Positions 14,932 to 20,000 of a DNA stretch of 20,000 nucleotides are shown one piece after another (positions within the stretch are counted from its first letter, which is position 1; each line of letters begins with the position of its first letter). Under the pieces are notes generated by a model that worked only from the letters and a program-made list of their open reading frames with translations, made no database searches and was not told where the DNA came from. The stretch is taken from IMG/VR virus record IMGVR_UViG_3300011834_000039, one strand, 5' to 3'. Source of the DNA: an uncultured virus (IMG/VR IMGVR_UViG_3300011834_000039). Taxonomy: Duplodnaviria; Heunggongvirae; Uroviricota; Caudoviricetes. A program made the position numbers and the translations under genes.

Positions 14932-14984
14932 TCACTATTGATTCTTTTTTCCGCCTTGTCGAATCGATTCTCACTTTTATAATT

Positions 14985-15027
14985 TTAAAGTATTGCTTGC
15001 ATTTTGTTGAAAGCGGTGCTTTATTTT
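14985..15027 (+). promoter_or_regulatory. PL-like promoter with two operator sites
   Basis: CTTGCA-N17-CTTTAT; palindrome AAAGC-GGT-GCTTT at 15010-15022 and AAAGT-ATT-GCTTG at 14987-14999; same 23-bp spacing as at PR. Confidence 0.75.
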
Positions 15028-15063
15028 TGCCATCCGATCTGAACCAGCTCAGACGTCGAAAGG

Positions 15064-15303
15064 ATGGAAACCATGATCCAGTATCAATCAGCACCAATTA
15101 CCACTGCAGCTCCTAGCTGCACCCAGAACATCATCGGCAAACTTGCCGATGCGATGCGGGAAATGGCTTTTTCCGGCCAGAACGTCACACCTGAAACGCT
15201 GGAAAGCCACGGGTTTACCCGTGAGGTTGTAGAGCGCTATGGCGCCCGCGCCACCGCCCTCGCCCGCCGCCGCTCAATCCGCAGGATCGAACGCTACATC
15301 TAA
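15064..15303 (+). CDS. Hypothetical protein, first gene of the PL-like operon
   Basis: 79 aa following the PL-like promoter; AAGGA SD suggests the start may be the second ATG at 15073. Confidence 0.75.
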   Translation: METMIQYQSAPITTAAPSCTQNIIGKLADAMREMAFSGQNVTPETLESHGFTREVVERYGARATALARRRSIRRIERYI

Positions 15304-15352
15304 GTAGCGCCGGTCCTTCCAGATCGTGGAGGGTGGCATGGTAAAAAACAGC

Positions 15353-15664
15353 TCAGCTAAAAACGAGACGGTAAAGCCCGAAGCAAAACAGGCCGATGCC
15401 GACAAGGCTAAGTGTCGTTCCGACAATCGTGAACCTGTGCGGGTTGCCCGTGATGGTGCCGACTGGCCTTCCAAAGTCATCGGAGTAGATCGACTGCTGT
15501 ATCTGACGATTCCGCATTTGTCCTACGCCATACAGGATCATGCCAAGGGCAATCAAAAAGGCGTTCTTATCGCTTGCGACAATGGATGGAACGCCCATCG
15601 CAACCCCAGCCACGACAAGCGCTATAGCCCATTGCGCATGATCGCGCAGTTCTTTGGCATCCAT
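15353..15664 (-). CDS. Small membrane protein (about 3 TM segments), antisense insertion
   Basis: Three hydrophobic stretches (WAIALVVAGVAMGV, AFLIALGMILYGV, IVGTTLSLVGIGLFCFGLY); probable start MDAKEL at 15664. Confidence 0.65.
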   Translation of the reverse strand: MDAKELRDHAQWAIALVVAGVAMGVPSIVASDKNAFLIALGMILYGVGQMRNRQIQQSIYSDDFGRPVGTITGNPHRFTIVGTTLSLVGIGLFCFGLYRLVFS

Positions 15665-15798
15665 AAACAACAGCCCGCCTTTGCAGAAATCCAAGTCCGG
15701 TTTCATTTGCAGTCAGATGGATCGTTTTGGCAAGAGGCGATCCTGCCGCCTGGATGGGTAGTGGTGGAGACGTGTTCAGGTAACGACGAGGCGTCATC

Positions 15799-15978
15799 AT
15801 GAACGATTACCCGAAAGATTCCGCTATCCGGAACGACCCTACGCTGATCGGCCAGATGGCCTATGAAGCATCGCTCGCAGCCTGCCCCCAATATCAGAAC
15901 GGCGACCCGCGACCATCATGGGCGCAACTCAGCGAGGCTGCACAGTGGTCTTGGTCGCGCTCGAAACAGCTTCCGTAA
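15799..15978 (+). CDS. Small hypothetical protein (59 aa, not in the ORF track)
   Basis: GAGG SD; MNDYPKDSAIRNDPTLIGQMAYEASLAACPQYQNGDPRPSWAQLSEAAQWSWSRSKQLP*. Confidence 0.65.
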   Translation: MNDYPKDSAIRNDPTLIGQMAYEASLAACPQYQNGDPRPSWAQLSEAAQWSWSRSKQLP

Positions 15979-16008
15979 GGACCAACGCCACACGGAAAGG
16001 ATTGTGAC

Positions 16009-16377
16009 ATGGCAGAGCACTTCAATATCAGCCCGCACATGACGGCAGCGGATTTCGATTGCCCGATCCGAAACACTTATCTCGGACAGGCGCATATCGC
16101 CGGAACGGGACCGGAAGGGACGACCTGCCGCCAGTGCAAGCACTGGGGAAAGACAAAGTTCATCAAAGATGAACACGGCAACTATGTCGAAAAGTTTGCC
16201 CCCCCCAAGCGGAATGGCAAAAAGCACAAGTTATTTCCGGGCGAGCCGAAAGACGCTTACTGCCTCAAACCCATCCTCAACAAAGCAAAGCGAGCCATCC
16301 CGCATCGCGCGTTGTCGTGCCGATTTTTCGAGCCGAGCGAGAACCCGATGCCTATTCTCACCGGTAAGGATGCGTAA
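16009..16377 (+). CDS. Hypothetical Cys-rich phage protein
   Basis: AAGGA SD; GPEGTTCRQCKHW...YC...SCRFFE. Confidence 0.78.
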   Translation: MAEHFNISPHMTAADFDCPIRNTYLGQAHIAGTGPEGTTCRQCKHWGKTKFIKDEHGNYVEKFAPPKRNGKKHKLFPGEPKDAYCLKPILNKAKRAIPHRALSCRFFEPSENPMPILTGKDA

Positions 16378-16379
16378 CC

Positions 16380-16538
16380 ATGCAGGATAATCACGAGTTT
16401 AAAACCGAGACAGGCGGCTTTCACTTGCCCACGGCATACCAGACCAATGACAGCGACCTGAAATACATGATCGTTCTGTCTACTCTGATTGCGTGCGTCG
16501 CCTGCGCAGCCATTCTGGCATCGCGAATTTTCGGCTGA
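16380..16538 (+). CDS. Small single-TM protein (52 aa, not in the ORF track)
   Basis: AAGGA SD; MQDNHEFKTETGGFHLPTAYQTNDSDLKYMIVLSTLIACVACAAILASRIFG*. Confidence 0.6.
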   Translation: MQDNHEFKTETGGFHLPTAYQTNDSDLKYMIVLSTLIACVACAAILASRIFG

Positions 16539-16551
16539 TCGACCGAATTTT

Positions 16552-16851
16552 ATGGCCCGTTGGTCAGATCAGGGAGAACGGCAGGCCATAGCGGACGAAA
16601 CCCGCGATGCCGTTCTCGATACGATCTTCAACCAGTGGCGCGAGATCCGCACATCCGGTGTGTCCGCCGAGGACGCCTTGGACGGCCTGACGGAAGGCCT
16701 ACTGGCAGCGGTCGCATCGCTCATCACCACAGTAACCGTACCGGAGAGGCGCGAGGCAATGCCGCGATTGGCGGCAAACCGATTGATTCATCAGTTCAAA
16801 ATCGCCCGCGAGAGGGAATTTAGCCACCATGACCAGCACGACCCAGCTTAA
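16552..16851 (+). CDS. Hypothetical phage protein
   Basis: Probable start MARWSD at 16552; helical 99-aa product in operon order. Confidence 0.65.
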   Translation: MARWSDQGERQAIADETRDAVLDTIFNQWREIRTSGVSAEDALDGLTEGLLAAVASLITTVTVPERREAMPRLAANRLIHQFKIAREREFSHHDQHDPA

Positions 16852-17653
16852 AGACAAGCCATTTATCGCAAGGTTTCGAGCCGACATCCTTTGGATGCTG
16901 GAGCCATTTGTCCATTATGGCCGGACACTTGAGGACACCCGAAAGAGCAAGCTCATTGTAGAACCTTGCGCCGTAGGCGGGTGCATGATTATCGCCGTCA
17001 ATAGCCACGGGATGGCGTTATTCCGCGATCCAGAAGGTAGCTGCTCAACATCAGCAGCAATCAACATTCCGTGCGATGCCTTTCCGGCTTGCGAACCCAA
17101 TCGCGGCATAAATCTCAAGTACTGTAACAATTCATACGATGTTCCTCTGCCGTCCTGGGCGCAACCGGATGAAGTATGGGTTCACGATTCCGGCATGTTC
17201 GTCATGACCAAAATGCGGCACCCTGACTGGGCCGATCAGGATCACGAATTTCAGCCGGTACTGTTTCAACGCACGGCCATGCCGGAGGGGATTCGAGACC
17301 TCGGTCACGACTACTTTGTCGAAAGCGAAATCGGGCTGAACTGGCGCAAGCCACTTTCACGGCTCGAACAGCAGCGCCCCATAAAAGTTGAGTTGATCAG
17401 CATCAACCCCTCTGTGTTGAGCCTGTATGAAAGGATTCACGGTCGCACCACCGAGCAGAGGCAGAAAGGAACACTTTTTCACGTCACGATACTTGGCGAT
17501 GATGAAAATCGCTGCGACGGCCTCTTGCTGGAAATCGACGAGACGCCGGACTTCTTTGGCGTTTGCATGCCAATGCGCGGCCCGTCTGCCCTCGCCAAAA
17601 TACCAGATTGGGCAACAAAGCGCGTACACGATGCGCCGGGAGAGCGGCAATGA
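16829..17653 (+). CDS. Hypothetical protein, possibly a sliding-clamp-like fold
   Basis: 274 aa with GAGGGA SD; IIAVNSHGMAL, INPSVL and FFGVCMPMR echo DnaN motifs. Confidence 0.75.
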   Translation: MTSTTQLKDKPFIARFRADILWMLEPFVHYGRTLEDTRKSKLIVEPCAVGGCMIIAVNSHGMALFRDPEGSCSTSAAINIPCDAFPACEPNRGINLKYCNNSYDVPLPSWAQPDEVWVHDSGMFVMTKMRHPDWADQDHEFQPVLFQRTAMPEGIRDLGHDYFVESEIGLNWRKPLSRLEQQRPIKVELISINPSVLSLYERIHGRTTEQRQKGTLFHVTILGDDENRCDGLLLEIDETPDFFGVCMPMRGPSALAKIPDWATKRVHDAPGERQ

Positions 17654-18759
17654 CTCGCGCTCCGATCAACATCAACATCTACGATAGTCATTTTGGCATC
17701 TGGCAGGATAACGCCCAGGACCCGACATTTAATGAGGAAGTTTTTCAGCCGATCCTGAAAAGCTTTCAGAAACGAGGATGGCGAGTAACGGCAGATCCGC
17801 AGGTCTGCAAGCATCATCGGCGCATTTCCAAAAGCTATCGGATTGCCGCGAAAGGTCAGTTGCGCGCTGAAATCAAGATCTGCGGACGCTGCATTGAACT
17901 CGAATTTTGGTCTGAGGCCGCGACACCCGGCACGAACAGAAACGGCCCGCGTTACGAGTTCGATAAGTTGGAGCGTATGCCGTATCTCGACCGTCAGCGC
18001 ACGCGACTGGAATTTCGTCGCCTGCTAGCTTGGCTTGAAAATCTGGCCCCAGTTTCGGTTTCCTACCGGGACAAGACTGGTCTTTCCCCCATGGAGAGAA
18101 TCCAGAAGGACTACGCGGAAAGCTGGCATACAGTCAAAGAACTCGGACGCCCTACGTGGAGCGGCGACTACAACCGCAAATCCGCCGATGGTCACTTGCT
18201 CGACCAAGGCCAGACTGTCTGGTTTCGAGGTGATTGCGGGCGCTATTTGCGCGGAGCAGCGTATTTCAACATCAACAGTATGTGGTGGGTGACCGCAGGC
18301 GGATCTCTGCGCAACAAATCCTCTATCGATCTCTATGCCAGCCAACCTGCTGACCTGCGCTCTAAAGTTCAGCGCCGCACCCGACGCGAACGCTTGGAAG
18401 CTGAATTGCGAAAGGCCATCGTCAATCGCAACTATCGGCGGGCAGAGACACTTGATCACATGCTGTTCGATGGGCAGCCCATCTACCTGATCTGGTCGCG
18501 GAAGAACGGCGCGTATTACCGCACAAACTACAGCGGCTACTCCAGCTCGAAATCGGGTGCTGGAAAATACACCCGTGCCGAAGCCGAGGCCGAGGTGCGC
18601 CGCGTTCCGCACATTCTGGAAGCTCACGGCGACAATGGCGAAATCATCAATTTGGAGAAGCAGCATGAGCATGGCCGAATTGCGCGCCGCCAACGTCGCC
18701 CGCGATCAGGAATGGAATACCGGCAGCGAACGTGTGTCGATGACATTTCGCGCTACTGA
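17650..18759 (+). CDS. Hypothetical phage protein (369 aa)
   Basis: Start MTRAPI by ATGA overlap; C-terminal YLIWS...GAYYR.N.SGY....AGKYT..EA module recalled from other phage proteins. Confidence 0.8.
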   Translation: MTRAPININIYDSHFGIWQDNAQDPTFNEEVFQPILKSFQKRGWRVTADPQVCKHHRRISKSYRIAAKGQLRAEIKICGRCIELEFWSEAATPGTNRNGPRYEFDKLERMPYLDRQRTRLEFRRLLAWLENLAPVSVSYRDKTGLSPMERIQKDYAESWHTVKELGRPTWSGDYNRKSADGHLLDQGQTVWFRGDCGRYLRGAAYFNINSMWWVTAGGSLRNKSSIDLYASQPADLRSKVQRRTRRERLEAELRKAIVNRNYRRAETLDHMLFDGQPIYLIWSRKNGAYYRTNYSGYSSSKSGAGKYTRAEAEAEVRRVPHILEAHGDNGEIINLEKQHEHGRIARRQRRPRSGMEYRQRTCVDDISRY

Positions 18760-19162
18760 GCTTGCCGGTGAAGTCGGTGAGGCCTGCAACGTCATCAAGA
18801 AGCTGGAACGTGAGCGCATCGGGCTTGTAGGATCCCGCGACACGAAAGAGCATCTTGCCGAGGAACTGGCAGATATTGTCATCTGCACAGACCTTGTCGC
18901 GATGGATGCCGGCATTGATCTGGACGTTGCAATTGCCGCCAAGTTCAACGCCACGAGCGAGAAGAACGGACTGGCGACTCGCCTTTCGATTCCCGCACCC
19001 GCGACGACACTTCCTTTCGAAGCAACACCAGAAATGGTCAAAGCCGCGCTCGATCTTGTTTGGGAGGAAAGCGAGACACATGACGATCTCGTTAGTCGAT
19101 TGTGGCGCGCTATGGCAGCAGCTGTGGTAGCGCCCAACCCAAACGGGGCCGATTATGGCTGA
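18665..19162 (+). CDS. MazG-like nucleotide pyrophosphohydrolase
   Basis: ELAGEVGEACNVIKK...HLAEELADIVI metal-binding motif; GGAGA SD before ATG 18665. Confidence 0.85.
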   Translation: MSMAELRAANVARDQEWNTGSERVSMTFRATELAGEVGEACNVIKKLERERIGLVGSRDTKEHLAEELADIVICTDLVAMDAGIDLDVAIAAKFNATSEKNGLATRLSIPAPATTLPFEATPEMVKAALDLVWEESETHDDLVSRLWRAMAAAVVAPNPNGADYG

Positions 19163-19388
19163 TGAGTTTTCTGGTCAATCGTTACCCATCACGCGAGAGC
19201 GCATTGAACGGGCCATGGACGCGCTTGCTCGGTGGATGGTGCGGCTCGGGCCAGATGGCGTGAAATGCCTCCCTATATATGAACGCCTTGAGCGGGAGCT
19301 GGAGGCGCTTTCATCCACGGAAAGCAAAATGGCGGAGATCTTCGCTCGCGCTAAACGATCGAAACAAGCAGCGATGTTATCCAATTAG
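19155..19388 (+). CDS. Hypothetical phage protein
   Basis: 77 aa overlapping the MazG-like stop; ITRERIERAMD...LPIYERLERELE. Confidence 0.7.
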   Translation: MADEFSGQSLPITRERIERAMDALARWMVRLGPDGVKCLPIYERLERELEALSSTESKMAEIFARAKRSKQAAMLSN

Positions 19389-20000
19389 CGTGGCGCCGTT
19401 GCCATTATCCGGCTCGCTCAACTGGGCTTGGAGTAGATCAGCGAGATATGCTTCCATAGGATTGAGATCGAGGTTGCCTGCATGCCAGACGCGGTCCGTT
19501 TCGCGTAGGGCCTCGTAATATGGCTGTCGATTCTCTCGAATACGTTCCGGCACTATTTTTTTGCCCGGCAATAATACCCCAGATCTCGCACATAGAAGAT
19601 AATAACAAACAGCTCGCGCAGTACGTCCGTTGCCTTCAATGAATGGATGAATCCAATTGAGGCGCCACAATCCGTAACCAGCAAGCTGTGTAGGTGTAAG
19701 ATTGTGCCAGTTCTCATGAATAAATGAAACAAACCTATCCATCAGTTCAGGAACATTGTCAAAATGCGGAGGAATATGGTTGCCAACGTATATTGGCTCT
19801 TCTCTGAATCTGCCGCCGAACTGAGAAATACCGGCCACTGCAGCATGATTAAGCGCCCAAAGCATATACTTATCGAAAGCCTGCGGACCCTGCGCAATGC
19901 CTATTTCAATGAAATTTGTTAGGAGATCATATTGGCGAAGCAGATTCTTCTCAAGCAACGCTTCGTACAGGTCGGGATTTTGGTTTTCAGTAACTAACAT
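19377..20000 (-). CDS. Fic-family protein (start at the window edge, so possibly incomplete)
   Basis: Canonical HPFIEGNGRTAR motif; visibly more AT-rich than the flanking genes. Confidence 0.92.
   Translation of the reverse strand: MLVTENQNPDLYEALLEKNLLRQYDLLTNFIEIGIAQGPQAFDKYMLWALNHAAVAGISQFGGRFREEPIYVGNHIPPHFDNVPELMDRFVSFIHENWHNLTPTQLAGYGLWRLNWIHPFIEGNGRTARAVCYYLLCARSGVLLPGKKIVPERIRENRQPYYEALRETDRVWHAGNLDLNPMEAYLADLLQAQLSEPDNGNGATLIG

Larger units (their letters stand above)
1..20000. mobile_element. Lambdoid temperate prophage, internal segment (head, packaging, replication, immunity and early modules)
   Basis: Contiguous capsid-protease-portal-gpW-terL-terS-cos, replication, cro/cI and early genes in lambdoid order. 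No integrase or att site in the window. Confidence 0.97.

Noticed and set aside
15326..15802. 158-aa plus-strand ORF
   Set aside because: Composition looks like the antisense read of the hydrophobic minus-strand gene; not fully excluded because its stop overlaps the next ATG.

Overview
The whole window is the interior of a lambdoid (cos-type) temperate prophage, most likely from an alphaproteobacterial Rhizobium/Agrobacterium-like host (inferred from composition, an alpha-type LexA box and rhizobial-type promoters). On the minus strand, from the immunity region towards position 1, lie cro, a tRNA-Met(CAU), a CII-like gene, a ParB/MT-A70 fusion, a PD-(D/E)xK protein, a C5-methyltransferase-like gene, a replication initiator with internal iterons, a NusG paralogue, a structured leader with terminator, a 42-aa lipoprotein, a gpZ-like gene, a lambda-like cos site, terS, terL, gpW, portal (broken by a 10-N assembly gap), prohead protease and the 5' part of the major capsid gene. 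On the plus strand lie the cI-like repressor and an early operon of hypothetical genes including a MazG-like gene; a convergent Fic gene ends the window. The most unusual elements are: (i) about 300 nt of back-to-back RNA hairpins around an initiator-like tRNA, all inside the stop-free 3' extension of cro; (ii) a LexA box in front of a small Zn-finger gene convergent on cI (antirepressor candidate); (iii) a NusG paralogue in the lambda-Q position followed by a structured leader and terminator; (iv) a capsid protein starting with a signal-peptide-like segment. All calls come from reading the sequence; no searches were run.
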